From Spirochaetia bacterium (GTDB lineage: Bacteria > Spirochaetota > Spirochaetia > DSM-27196 > Salinispiraceae): 64,000 nucleotides of DNA. Shown here one piece after another: positions 26,244 through 36,194 of this stretch. Below the pieces are notes generated by a model. That model did not search any database. It was not told the DNA's origin and saw nothing but the letters and a program-made list of their open reading frames with translations. Position numbers and translations under genes: made by a program. How positions within the stretch are numbered: the stretch's first letter is position 1; every line of letters starts with the position of its first letter. The stretch lies in contig JBBRCZ010000002.1 in assembly GCA_038204425.1 (NCBI GenBank), positions 96,001 to 160,000 of the forward strand, given 5' to 3'.

Positions 26244-28678
26244 TGCGAGCGATAAGCTTCTAGAGTTCGAGCGGCCTTTGCTAGCCAAGCATGGGCGTTG
26301 GAATTGCGATCCTCGTTTTGCCAGCCATCGTAGACAGCAATTAGTCTGGCGCTCATGGTTTTTTGCAGAACAGCAGACGGTGTGGTGCTCAAGAGCTCGG
26401 CACAGTTGTTCAAAAGGTGAGCCGCCCAGGCTCTCACACTTGTTGCTGGCGACTTTGCCAAGCTTTCTAGTGCTGGCACAAAGTCTAGACTCGCTTGTTT
26501 TATCATGCTGCTAATTAGCCAGTTTTGTGTTGCTGGAGCATAGGTCCGCATTCTGAGACTGAGAAACAATAGGCTTTGCAGATCCCATTGGCCATCGAGT
26601 AGGCGCGCGTACTCGATGACCCTGAGTTCAGGAGCAAAAAAGGTTTCGCGGTGTAGCTTGACAAAGTCAGCTATCAAAGATGAAGGGTTGGTTTGCTTGC
26701 GCAGCAGATACCAAGCTGCCAAGTAGCGCAGTTCAGAAAATTCCTCTTTTTGGGTGTTTAAAATCTTTTGAGATAAAACTATAACTAGTTGGTCATCGTA
26801 GTTAAATATCGCGCGCATGGCGGCAAGTTCGTTCTCTTCACTAAATTTGTTGCCAAGCCACAAGTCAAAAGATTTGATAAGCACGGGTAGCAGGGTCGCA
26901 TAGCCTTGCTGGACGTTTAGCCGTGCAAGTGCTTCTAAACAGGCATAGTTGAGACTGTCCTCGCGACTTGGATCAATGTTGGCAATTATGGCAGCTATGG
27001 CTGTTTTATCCGCAAATTGAGCCAGAGCGTTAACCGCAAAGAGACGCAAGCTATAGTCGTCGTTGTTGAGACTACGTGGCGTCAAGAGCAGCTCTTTGAG
27101 ATATTGGGTCATGCGCCGGTCACCTATTTGGCTTAGCGACTCAGCCGCTGCGATTCTCAGTGCGATGGGCTCTCGTGAGTTTTTTAGAATTGTAGCTAAA
27201 GCCAGCAATGCACGGGCGTCGCGAATTGTTCCCAATCCTCGGACTGCCAAGATTCTTATAATAGTGTCCTCGTCAGCAAGACCTTGGTTAAAATTGCTGT
27301 ACATAGTGCCTTGGGCAAATCGAACCAAACCTTCCATCACTAAGCGGCGAACCAAGCCGTTAGGGTGGGTGCTGAGGACAGCAATACTGCCAATACTGGT
27401 CTGCCCGCCAACTACAACCGTGGTCTTTATGCTGGGAATCAAACAGGCAATCTGATTGCTGTTTTGTAGCTCAAGGCAAGCCTGCAAAAATTTTTGCTCA
27501 AAAGCAAGACGGCTTGGATTGTTTTCGCTTGCATCGATTGGCAATGACTGTTGTTTGTTCTGGATTAAGTCTTTGTATGCAAAAAAATAGCGATCTTCAA
27601 GCACAGCCGCTGCAAGGCTCGGTCGCTTACTATCAATTGCTGAGAGAAACTCTTGCTCGCTAAGCTTCTCGCCACGTGCACTAGCGCAATAGTAAATCGA
27701 GTAGGCTTCCCAATCATTTGCTGTTTTCGAAAGCTGACTTAGCGGTGGAAACTGCAAGGATGCTTGTCGATTGTTGCCAGGCAATTTGGCCAAAAAAATT
27801 CGACTTATAGCCTTGAGTCTCAAGTTTGAGGAGACTGCCCAAGAGTGCAGATTGGGCTCAAGTCCTTGCCACAGTTTGTCGTTTACCGGACTAGTTTTGG
27901 TAAACGGATTAAATAGATTTGCTTTATCGCTTGCCAAAAGACCCATCAATAGAGTGCTAAATTCGTCCTCACTTGGATTTGCTTCCAAAAAGTCCTTCCA
28001 ATAGATGTCTTCCAACTTGCGAGATGTCCAAGGCAGCAGATTAAGCAGGGCAATCTCGCTTCCGAGAAACTTTTTTTGCAGAGCCCTCAGGCTGGCACTA
28101 TCGTGGTTCTTGTCTTTGATCCACAGTGGCCAACGCATGAGCTCACTAATTAGAAATGCGCGCCCCTCAAAATCAATAGTTTTGGATAGTTGTTCGCTGA
28201 TGGTAACTAGGACTTGCTCTCTATGGGTATTGAGGCCCAAGGGGTTGGTGCTTGTAAGGTTGAGGTGCCTATGCGGAGCGTTTAAATAATAGACAAGAGC
28301 TGATTCCGGATAGTCGCTGAGGCTGTCCAAGAGGGGGACAAGAGCTATGGTGTTGCTTATTTTTTTTGCCAAAGCTGCAACTAGGCTTTGAGCAAGGTTT
28401 TGCCTGATCCGCGGGTTGTCACGTAGATCTTGTACCCAATAAGGCTTGATAGTTTCGACTATCGGTGCCAGAAAATCTGCTCGGGCAAAGTAGCTCTGAT
28501 ACAAAGTCAGGCGCTCACTTGGCTGGGCCTTTTGCAGCCAGGCCGCAAGCTGGTCTTGCTTGTCAAAGGCAGGCAAAAGTGGCTGAGTTTGAGCGCTCAA
28601 TGGGACTATGATCGCCAAAGAAAGGATAACTATGCATGGGGTCAGGCACCGCTTTGCGATGGGTTTATTATTGTTCAT
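26240..28678 (-). CDS. Exported HEAT-repeat protein
   Basis: Signal-peptide-like N-terminus; repeats such as IRILAVRGLG, LRIAAAESLSQIGD, LRLFAVNALA. Confidence 0.75.
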   Translation of the reverse strand: MNNNKPIAKRCLTPCIVILSLAIIVPLSAQTQPLLPAFDKQDQLAAWLQKAQPSERLTLYQSYFARADFLAPIVETIKPYWVQDLRDNPRIRQNLAQSLVAALAKKISNTIALVPLLDSLSDYPESALVYYLNAPHRHLNLTSTNPLGLNTHREQVLVTISEQLSKTIDFEGRAFLISELMRWPLWIKDKNHDSASLRALQKKFLGSEIALLNLLPWTSRKLEDIYWKDFLEANPSEDEFSTLLMGLLASDKANLFNPFTKTSPVNDKLWQGLEPNLHSWAVSSNLRLKAISRIFLAKLPGNNRQASLQFPPLSQLSKTANDWEAYSIYYCASARGEKLSEQEFLSAIDSKRPSLAAAVLEDRYFFAYKDLIQNKQQSLPIDASENNPSRLAFEQKFLQACLELQNSNQIACLIPSIKTTVVVGGQTSIGSIAVLSTHPNGLVRRLVMEGLVRFAQGTMYSNFNQGLADEDTIIRILAVRGLGTIRDARALLALATILKNSREPIALRIAAAESLSQIGDRRMTQYLKELLLTPRSLNNDDYSLRLFAVNALAQFADKTAIAAIIANIDPSREDSLNYACLEALARLNVQQGYATLLPVLIKSFDLWLGNKFSEENELAAMRAIFNYDDQLVIVLSQKILNTQKEEFSELRYLAAWYLLRKQTNPSSLIADFVKLHRETFFAPELRVIEYARLLDGQWDLQSLLFLSLRMRTYAPATQNWLISSMIKQASLDFVPALESLAKSPATSVRAWAAHLLNNCAELLSTTPSAVLQKTMSARLIAVYDGWQNEDRNSNAHAWLAKAARTLEAYRSQ

Positions 28679-28779
28679 AGCAAATGCTCCTGTGAGACCA
28701 TTATAGGGTCATAATTTCATACTGCCAAGGCCATAGAATGTACTTGTCAAAGTCAGCATTGCGGTGTTTACTGCTTACA

Positions 28780-29691
28780 ATGAGCCTCGATGATGAAAAA
28801 ACCATTGTTCAAGTTCCCCAGTCCTTGCAAGCACATGAACTAGAAAAATCTCTACAAAAAATAACGGTAGAACTAATTGCTGCCCACAAGGCGGGCAATA
28901 AGCAAGTTCTCTCATTCTACAGTAACAAAGTAGGCATCGATCAAAACAAACTGGCAGAGCACCCTGGCAAACAGTTTATGGCTTTGGTTCAAGTCTATCA
29001 TCCAGACCGCCTGCAGTCGTTTCTCGACCAAATCGCTGTTTGCAGCAAAAATGCAGACCAACAGGGAGTAGAAAAAATTGCCCGGATGCTCAGTCCACGG
29101 GCAAGTAAGGCATCAATAGAATTTGACCCTGCTGACATGGATTTTGGCCCCGGCTATGTCTTTAGGCCAAGGGACTTTGGTTTTGCCGAAGACAAGTGGG
29201 AAGATTTTGATGATCAAGTTAAAGTGCGTACCGAGGCTGGCTATAGGACCAAAAAGACAGTCAGCTTTGTAGAAGCTATTAGACGGGAGTACTTTGGCAA
29301 CCTCGATTTGCAGTTGACCCGCCAGGATCTGGAAGAAATCGATGGCGAACTTGAGCTCTATGATTTAGGCATCGAGGACTTGGAGGGTATACAAATTTGT
29401 CGAAGACTTGAGGGGCTCAATCTATCTTGCAACCAGATTCATGACATCAATCCGCTGCGCTTTTTACGTCACCTTGTATCACTTGATCTCAGCTCCAACC
29501 AAATAGAAGACGCCGACTGCCTAGAGCGGCTAAGCAGGCTAGAAGAACTGGATCTTTCTGACAACTTTATAGACAATGTTGGCTTCCTCAACGAAATGCC
29601 CAAACTGCGCTGTGTTAATTTATCGGGAAACACTATAAAAGACAGCTCAGTTCTTGAGACTCTCAAACAACGCGGTGTTTTGATACTCTAG
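28780..29691 (+). CDS. Leucine-rich-repeat protein with an N-terminal HPD-motif region
   Basis: Four LxxLxLSxNxI repeats at the C-terminus; YHPDR near the N-terminus. Confidence 0.8.
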   Translation: MSLDDEKTIVQVPQSLQAHELEKSLQKITVELIAAHKAGNKQVLSFYSNKVGIDQNKLAEHPGKQFMALVQVYHPDRLQSFLDQIAVCSKNADQQGVEKIARMLSPRASKASIEFDPADMDFGPGYVFRPRDFGFAEDKWEDFDDQVKVRTEAGYRTKKTVSFVEAIRREYFGNLDLQLTRQDLEEIDGELELYDLGIEDLEGIQICRRLEGLNLSCNQIHDINPLRFLRHLVSLDLSSNQIEDADCLERLSRLEELDLSDNFIDNVGFLNEMPKLRCVNLSGNTIKDSSVLETLKQRGVLIL

Positions 29692-29811
29692 ATCTCTGCA
29701 GAGATCTGCAATAGGTGTACCAGCAGCAAGCAAAAACTAGCGCCGCCCAAAAAAGCATATTAAAATTGAACGAGGGGTACAGCTTGAGGTCAGTTTTGCC
29801 AAGGTCAGTCC

Positions 29812-30226
29812 ATGGGGAACGTTTTTTTAGTACTGTGCGGCCTTTGGATGCTCATTTTGTTGTATGCAAACAAAATTGCAGCCCAGATCCAGACTGGACA
29901 AGTTTCACCAGCAACAAGCCAAGAAAGTCCAAACTATGACAAGTTCAGTGGGACGGTAGTCAAGGTGGGTATCTACAACGGACTGCCCTTTGTAGGTTTG
30001 GAAAACCAAGTTCCGACTGGCCTGTTTGAGTGCAAAAATAGACCAGTGGATCCCGCTAGGACTTGTACTCAACCAGCTACTCATTAACAGTTTTAAGCTT
30101 TTAATTGCTGACGACGGGATAGGCGTGCCACAAGAGTTTGAGCCAGAGCAAAGTGCAAAACTTGCCTTATGCCTCAATCTGCTATTGAATTTCCAGTCTC
30201 ATAAACTAAACTTAAGATTAGTTTAG
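29812..30226 (+). pseudogene. Remnant of a sensor histidine kinase (SBP-like N-terminus joined to an HATPase fragment)
   Basis: One frame reads signal-like + VKVGIYNGLP...PTGLF; another reads IPLGLVLNQLLINSFK...IADDGIG (N and G1 boxes). Confidence 0.6.
30202..30225. promoter_or_regulatory. Near-perfect palindrome (candidate operator) upstream of the MCP
   Basis: TAAACTAA-A-CTTAAG-A-TTAGTTTA. Confidence 0.5.
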
Positions 30227-30262
30227 AAGTTCATTTTTTTTCTATTGAGAAGGGGTAAATCC

Positions 30263-32011
30263 ATGAAGATCGGACCAAAACTTATTGCGGGTTTTTGTAT
30301 AGTGGCCATTGTTGCGGCAATTGTTGGTGTGGTGGGTATTTTTAGTATCCGCAGCATCGACGAAGCAGATACTAAGTTGTTTATGGATGTTACCGTGCCA
30401 CTCGGGCAGCTAACAAATATTGCGGTGGCGTTTCAACGTACCCGTGTTGAAGTCAGAGATATGATTGCTGCTAATGATCCTGAGGAAATTGCTAGTTCCG
30501 CGAAACTGATTGATGAGCTCTACAATGAGATCAACGAGCAAGCAATTTTGTATGAAAAAACGCTACTTTCCGACGAAGGTCGCAAACTTTTTGCAAGCTT
30601 TGGCAAAACTCGAGAAGCCTACGGAGTCTTTCGCACCAGGGCCGAGCAAGCTGCGCTTATTAACGACGACACTGCTGCTCTTGAGGTCATAGTCCAAGGT
30701 GGCCAAGCCGCATTAGCTGAACGAGAAGCAATCGATGCCATGTTTCAACAAAAAGTAAAGTTGGGCCGAGAAATAGCTGCGGACAACACGGATCTTGCCA
30801 ATATGTCGACTCTGATTATGATAATCGTAATTTTGATTGGTGTAATAATCTCGGTTGTTTTAGGCTTGGTTTTGTCCAACTCAATCACCAAACCACTTGG
30901 CGTCGCGGTGGGCATCTCGACCGAGATAGCTCAAGGTGACTTGCGCCGTAATGTCGAGGTGGCCTATCTCAGTCGTAAAGACGAAATTGGCCAGTTAGCC
31001 AAAGCACTAGAAGAAATGATTACGCAGTTACGAAACATTACCATCAGCATCCAAACGTCGGCTGACACGGTTTCCAGCGGTTCTGGCGGTATTTCGTCAG
31101 CAGCACAACAACTGTCGCAAGGCAGCGCTGAGCAAGCCTCTGCTGTAGAAGAGGTCTCAGCCTCCATCGAAGAAATGGCCTCGTCAATAAAACAAAATTC
31201 GGAGAACGCCTTTACTACCGAAAAAATGGCTTCCAAATCTTCTGTTGAGGCAAGTGAGGGAGGTCAGGCGGTTAGTGAAACCGTAACAGCGATGAAGAAC
31301 ATAGCTGCCAAGATCACCATCATAGAAGAAATTGCACGCCAAACCAACTTGCTGGCTCTCAATGCTGCTATTGAAGCTGCACGGGCAGGTGAGGCAGGTA
31401 AAGGTTTTGCTGTAGTGGCAAGTGAAGTCAGAAAGCTGGCCGAACGCAGCCAAGTTGCTGCGCAAGAAATTAGTTCTTTGTCGAGTACCAGTGTAGCAAT
31501 TGCCGAAAAGGCAGGAACTTTGCTACTTAATATAGTACCTGCCATTCAGAAGACCTCAGAACTGGTGCAAGAAATTTCTGCAACCAGCAAAGAGCAAAGC
31601 ACCGGCAGTGAACAAATCTCTAAAGCAATTATGCAATTGGACTCGGTGGTGCAGCAAAACGCTTCGGCGGCAGAAGAAATGGCCTCTATGGCCGAGGAAC
31701 TTTCGTCTCAGTCTGAACACCTACAATCTACAATAGAGTTCTTCAAGGTGCCAGAAGACTTACGCCAATCAAGTGCCGGCGAAACAAGCAAGAAGGCACC
31801 CCTTACCAGTAAGAGGCTTGCAATCGCTCACAGTTCGTCTTCGAGTCGCAGTGGTTCTAGTTCTGTAGGTCCTGGTGCACGCTACGAGACCAGCAAACCT
31901 AAGGGCATTAAGCTAGCCTTTGGTCAAAACAATGAGGCTCAAAGTAGCAAGTCAACTGCTGCGCGCGCTGCACCTTCTGCTAACGTTGACGACGTGTTTG
32001 ACGAGTTTTAG
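30263..32011 (+). CDS. Methyl-accepting chemotaxis protein (2 TM, 4HB-type sensor, HAMP)
   Basis: [48 protein letters not shown]-terminal VFDEF. Confidence 0.95.
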   Translation: MKIGPKLIAGFCIVAIVAAIVGVVGIFSIRSIDEADTKLFMDVTVPLGQLTNIAVAFQRTRVEVRDMIAANDPEEIASSAKLIDELYNEINEQAILYEKTLLSDEGRKLFASFGKTREAYGVFRTRAEQAALINDDTAALEVIVQGGQAALAEREAIDAMFQQKVKLGREIAADNTDLANMSTLIMIIVILIGVIISVVLGLVLSNSITKPLGVAVGISTEIAQGDLRRNVEVAYLSRKDEIGQLAKALEEMITQLRNITISIQTSADTVSSGSGGISSAAQQLSQGSAEQASAVEEVSASIEEMASSIKQNSENAFTTEKMASKSSVEASEGGQAVSETVTAMKNIAAKITIIEEIARQTNLLALNAAIEAARAGEAGKGFAVVASEVRKLAERSQVAAQEISSLSSTSVAIAEKAGTLLLNIVPAIQKTSELVQEISATSKEQSTGSEQISKAIMQLDSVVQQNASAAEEMASMAEELSSQSEHLQSTIEFFKVPEDLRQSSAGETSKKAPLTSKRLAIAHSSSSSRSGSSSVGPGARYETSKPKGIKLAFGQNNEAQSSKSTAARAAPSANVDDVFDEF

Positions 32012-32025
32012 CCATAAGCGCCGCG

Positions 32026-32232
32026 ATGAAAACTCCAACTATCTTGGGTGTTGAAGAGTTAGGCTCCCAAGTGGCTGCAAAAGCAAGTTCGGGAGATCTC
32101 GCTGTCGAGCTTGCTCGGACCGTCAAACAGGATTCAGTGTTTATGGATATTCGTTTGGCGGGCGCCATGGTTGGCATTGAAGCGGCTCGACAAATCTTGG
32201 CAGGCACTAAAGCTGCCAAGTGGTATTTATGA
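32026..32232 (+). pseudogene. Degenerate response-regulator receiver fragment
   Basis: DSVFMDIRLAGAMVGIEAARQI resembles DLVLMDI.L.G.MDGIEAA; only 68 aa. Confidence 0.55.
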
Positions 32233-32329
32233 CTGCTTGCACCGCTCATTTTTTTAGAAAAGCCTGTTCCCTCAGCCACTTTAAAATCTATTATGCAAGC
32301 CTATTTTGGTCTGAAGATGGAGAATCGCT

Positions 32330-33781
32330 ATGACTAGTTTGGTTGAAGGCCCGCAGACTCTTCCACTATGGAAAAAGTGGATGTACGCTCTGGGACAGTT
32401 TGGTTGGTCACTTGCTGGTTTTGGTGTTACCAACAAGCTTGTCTACTTTTATTTGCCGCCAGAACATGTGGCCATGGGCCCTTTTGTGCGACAAGACTAT
32501 GTTCTGCCCTTGATTAGTTGGCAAGGCATGGTGGTATTTGGCCTAACGGTGGTGGGCTTGGTTTTTGCTATTGGCCGCTTGTTTGATGGCATAACTGACC
32601 CCTTGGTTGCCGGGATGTCTGACCGGTCACAACTCAAGCTAGGCAAGCGGAGATCGTTTATGGCCATCTCTGTCTTGCCCTTTGCGGTGCTTTCGGTCTT
32701 GGTTTTCTTTCCCCCACAACCGGGCATTACGGTACTCAACACAGTTTGGCTCTTTGCAACTGTTCTTTTGTTCTATTGGTTTATGACCATGTACGTAACG
32801 CCTTTTTTTACCTTGTTGTCGGAACTCGGCCACAGTCCCAAAGAACGTTTACAACTATCAACGTTTATTTCAATAACCTGGGCCTTGGGCATGGTAGCAG
32901 GTTCTCAACTTGAACGGTTTCAATCCATTTTTGAGTCCTCAGGGATGTCTTCAACTCAGGCTTTTCAGACCAGCATGGTCATATTTGGCATAGTAGCCTT
33001 TGTCTTTATGCTATTGCCAATTATCTTTATAGACGAAAAAAAATACGCACGAGAAAATATATCCAAGGGAAGCATCTTTAAGTCGCTGGTAGCCGTATTT
33101 AAGAACCGCAACTTTTTGATGTTTACCTTGTCGGATCTGGCTTACTGGGCAACTATAACCATGATCAACTCAGTTTTGGTCTACTTTGTAACCGTGTTGC
33201 TCAAGCTACCTAAAGAGTTTAACTCCACACTAGTTATAATTATGTTTTTTGCTTCGTTTCTGTTCTATTTGCCTGTTAATTTTCTGGCAAGCAGATTCGG
33301 CAAAAAGCCGCTTTTGGTGGTCGGCTTTGTCTGGTTTACTGCAGTTTTTGTCTATTCAATTTTCTTGGGGCTGTATCCATTTTCTGCAGAAATGCAAGGT
33401 TATCTGATAGTGCTATTTGCCGCGGTTCCCCTGGCGATTTTTGGCATTGTTCAAAATGCAATAGTTGCAGACATAGCAGAATCTGATGGACTAGTGACTG
33501 GTAATTTCAAAGCCGGCATTTTTTTTGGCGCGCGAACTTTTATGTCCAAAATGGGCCAAACCATCGCTGGCTTGGTTATTCCATCATTATTGATTTTGGG
33601 TGCGGCACCTCCCGAGCATGGACTGAGTGTGGTTAAAGATATTGCGGCCGGTGAGGCTGTTTCTGGTGAGACTGGCGTTCGGCTGATTGCCTTAGTGGCG
33701 GCGGCCTTTTGTGTTATTGGGCTACTATTTTTTCTGTTCTACAAAGAAAAAGATGTGCTGCGTATTTTAGAGAAAAAATAG
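32330..33781 (+). CDS. MFS transporter, GPH (sugar-cation symporter) family
   Basis: GRLFDGITDPLVAGMSDR, GKRR, ADIAE, K-x-G motifs; about 12 TM segments. Confidence 0.88.
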   Translation: MTSLVEGPQTLPLWKKWMYALGQFGWSLAGFGVTNKLVYFYLPPEHVAMGPFVRQDYVLPLISWQGMVVFGLTVVGLVFAIGRLFDGITDPLVAGMSDRSQLKLGKRRSFMAISVLPFAVLSVLVFFPPQPGITVLNTVWLFATVLLFYWFMTMYVTPFFTLLSELGHSPKERLQLSTFISITWALGMVAGSQLERFQSIFESSGMSSTQAFQTSMVIFGIVAFVFMLLPIIFIDEKKYARENISKGSIFKSLVAVFKNRNFLMFTLSDLAYWATITMINSVLVYFVTVLLKLPKEFNSTLVIIMFFASFLFYLPVNFLASRFGKKPLLVVGFVWFTAVFVYSIFLGLYPFSAEMQGYLIVLFAAVPLAIFGIVQNAIVADIAESDGLVTGNFKAGIFFGARTFMSKMGQTIAGLVIPSLLILGAAPPEHGLSVVKDIAAGEAVSGETGVRLIALVAAAFCVIGLLFFLFYKEKDVLRILEKK

Positions 33782-33790
33782 GGGCAGACT

Positions 33791-35035
33791 CTGACACACA
33801 AAACTGACTCGCGCGACCGCAATTTTTACTCAATACTCGGCGAAGGAGCCTTTAATTCGTTTGGTTTGAGTATTCTTGGCTTGGGTAGTATCGTGCCTTT
33901 GTTCTTGCACGCCTACGGAGCAAGTATGGCCTTGGTTGGCTTAATTCCCACTATAATTACTGCTTTGACCTTAATTGTGCCGTTGGTCGGTGGCCATTTA
34001 GTTTCCAACGCACCAAGCAAAAAAAGACTCATAATTGTTGTCAATGCAGTCGGTAGGCCAGCGATTATGCTTATGGTTCCTATTCTTTTGTTTATTGGCG
34101 ACTCCAGTCTTGTGATCGTTGCCTTTGTGTTGCTGATTTCTCTTTTTAGCGCAAGCCAATCAATTAGTGGCCTTGCTTGGCAAGACCTGTTTGCTATGAC
34201 TATTGCAGAACGAGCGCGAGACAGGCTCTTAGGCACACTCCAAGTGGTCGCCGGCATCTGTAGCTTGGTGGCGAGCTTTTTTGTTAAAGCGCTTTTAGAT
34301 ACCGACTTGTTGGACAAGAAGCTGCGCTTTGCTTCTATTTTTTTGTTAGCAGGTTTTTTTCTCAGCTTATCGATCCCTGCTATGCTCGGCGTACGCGAGC
34401 AAGCGCGGGCTAGTGACGACTCTCAAGACCGAAGACTCAAAAGCTATCTCGCGTCACTTTTGGCATGTTTCGCTGACAAAACCCTCAGGAATCTAACTTT
34501 TGTAACTATCCTTGGCTTAGTAGCCGCCTCAGGTAGCGCATTTATCTATTTGTTTGCTAGTAATAACTTGGGTATGCAAGCTAATGAAATCTCTGTCTTA
34601 ATTGTAGTGCAAACAGTAGGTGCAATTAGCAGTGGTTTACTATGGCCACGGATAGCAAGAGCTTTTGGTAACAAGTACGTGATCGTCATCGCTGAGCTTC
34701 TAACCTTGGTCATGGCCGTTTTGTGTTTGCTGTCGCGCCAAGGATCCGGTGCCATCTGGCTAATGTCTTTAGTTGTTTTTCTATTTGGAATACGAATGGG
34801 TTCGTGGGTTGGCTATACCAACTATCTATTAGAATTTATCGATGCCAAGACGCGTATCCAGAGTCTTGTGTTTAAAAACACTTTGGTCTTTCCATTTTCA
34901 TTTGTTAGCGTCTTGGCTGGCATTTTGGTTGACAACGTTGGCATGGTGCCACTTTTAGTTGTGCAGATTTTTGCTTCTACCATTGCCGGACTCTGTGCTA
35001 TTACCCTGTTATTGGGCAAAGTAAAACTCGCATGA
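33791..35035 (+). CDS. MFS transporter (probable CTG start at 33791)
   Basis: About 12 TM segments. The open frame extends upstream of the TTG at 33866 through RNFYSILGEGAFNSFG. Confidence 0.75.
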   Translation: MTHKTDSRDRNFYSILGEGAFNSFGLSILGLGSIVPLFLHAYGASMALVGLIPTIITALTLIVPLVGGHLVSNAPSKKRLIIVVNAVGRPAIMLMVPILLFIGDSSLVIVAFVLLISLFSASQSISGLAWQDLFAMTIAERARDRLLGTLQVVAGICSLVASFFVKALLDTDLLDKKLRFASIFLLAGFFLSLSIPAMLGVREQARASDDSQDRRLKSYLASLLACFADKTLRNLTFVTILGLVAASGSAFIYLFASNNLGMQANEISVLIVVQTVGAISSGLLWPRIARAFGNKYVIVIAELLTLVMAVLCLLSRQGSGAIWLMSLVVFLFGIRMGSWVGYTNYLLEFIDAKTRIQSLVFKNTLVFPFSFVSVLAGILVDNVGMVPLLVVQIFASTIAGLCAITLLLGKVKLA

Positions 35036-35040
35036 AGTCC

Positions 35041-36174
35041 TTAAAGTCTTACCCCAATGCGCTGCCAGACTTCCCGCAAGTCAACAATCTTTTTGTCTCT
35101 ACGTGCGCTGTCGACGCAGATGCCAACCACGGCACTTAGTAGTCCCTCTTTGCCACTGCAGATTGGTTGGCTGCCATTGCACATCGAGTCCACAAGTTCG
35201 CAAATAATTTGCTCATCGCCACCACCATGACCATGTACGTCATTAGGGTACTTGAGGGTTTTTTCGGTGTCATCGTAGATAAGTTTGTAGACTATCGTGC
35301 CGGCGTAGAGGTTGACGATCAAAGTTCCCTTGGTGCAGCTAAAATACATGCGACGCTCGGCAATTGCGTTGCTCATGGTAGCTTGAAACTGCACACGCGT
35401 GCCGTTGGCATATTCAAGTATCGATACAACGTTGTCCTCAATCGACTTGTCCGAAGTAAAAGGGTTGTCGCAATCAACTTCAGGCGGGTACCAGGTGTTA
35501 AACAAGCTGGCTTGCTCGTTGAGTTGCTTGTTTTCTGGTACAAACATATTGTTGCCACCAAAGGCCGCAACGCTAACTGGCAATGACTCAATAAACCAAT
35601 TTAGTAGGTCAAAGTCATGAACGCATTTTTCTAAAATATGCGCCCCTGCAAGCTCTCGTTTGCGTCGCCAGTTGGTCATTATGTAGGCACCATGCGATGG
35701 AGTAATGTTTTCGTTGGCGTCCACGCTAATAATCTTGCCAAAGTCACCGCTAGCAAGCAGCTTTTTTACTTGACGATAGATGGGCGCGTAACGAAGCGTA
35801 AAACCAGTAGCAAAAAGCCTATCGCTCTCCTGATGTGCTCTTACGATTTGATAGCAGTCATTAATTTCGGTGGCGATAGGTTTTTCGGCAAAGACATGCT
35901 TCTTGGCACTTAGTGACGCGATAATTTGGTCTTTGTGAAAAATGTTGGGCGAGCCAATCAGCACCCAATCAATGCTTGGGTCCTCGAGTAATGACTCAAT
36001 CGTGCCAAATATTTTTCCGCTTGGGTTCTTGCCAGCCTCCAAGATAGCCTTGCAACGCGCAGGCTGCGGATCAAAGACACCATATAGTTTTACGTTCTCA
36101 TAAGCAGACAGGTATTTAAGCAGACCCTGCAAGCGGTATCCACACCCGATAATTGCATAGTTGACAGTATTCAT
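35041..36174 (-). CDS. Gfo/Idh/MocA family oxidoreductase
   Basis: IIGCG, IGSPN..H, HVFAEKP, GFTLRY, EKCVHDFD, HGGGD motifs. Confidence 0.9.
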   Translation of the reverse strand: MNTVNYAIIGCGYRLQGLLKYLSAYENVKLYGVFDPQPARCKAILEAGKNPSGKIFGTIESLLEDPSIDWVLIGSPNIFHKDQIIASLSAKKHVFAEKPIATEINDCYQIVRAHQESDRLFATGFTLRYAPIYRQVKKLLASGDFGKIISVDANENITPSHGAYIMTNWRRKRELAGAHILEKCVHDFDLLNWFIESLPVSVAAFGGNNMFVPENKQLNEQASLFNTWYPPEVDCDNPFTSDKSIEDNVVSILEYANGTRVQFQATMSNAIAERRMYFSCTKGTLIVNLYAGTIVYKLIYDDTEKTLKYPNDVHGHGGGDEQIICELVDSMCNGSQPICSGKEGLLSAVVGICVDSARRDKKIVDLREVWQRIGVRL

Positions 36175-36194
36175 TAGGAGCTCCACAAAGGCAA

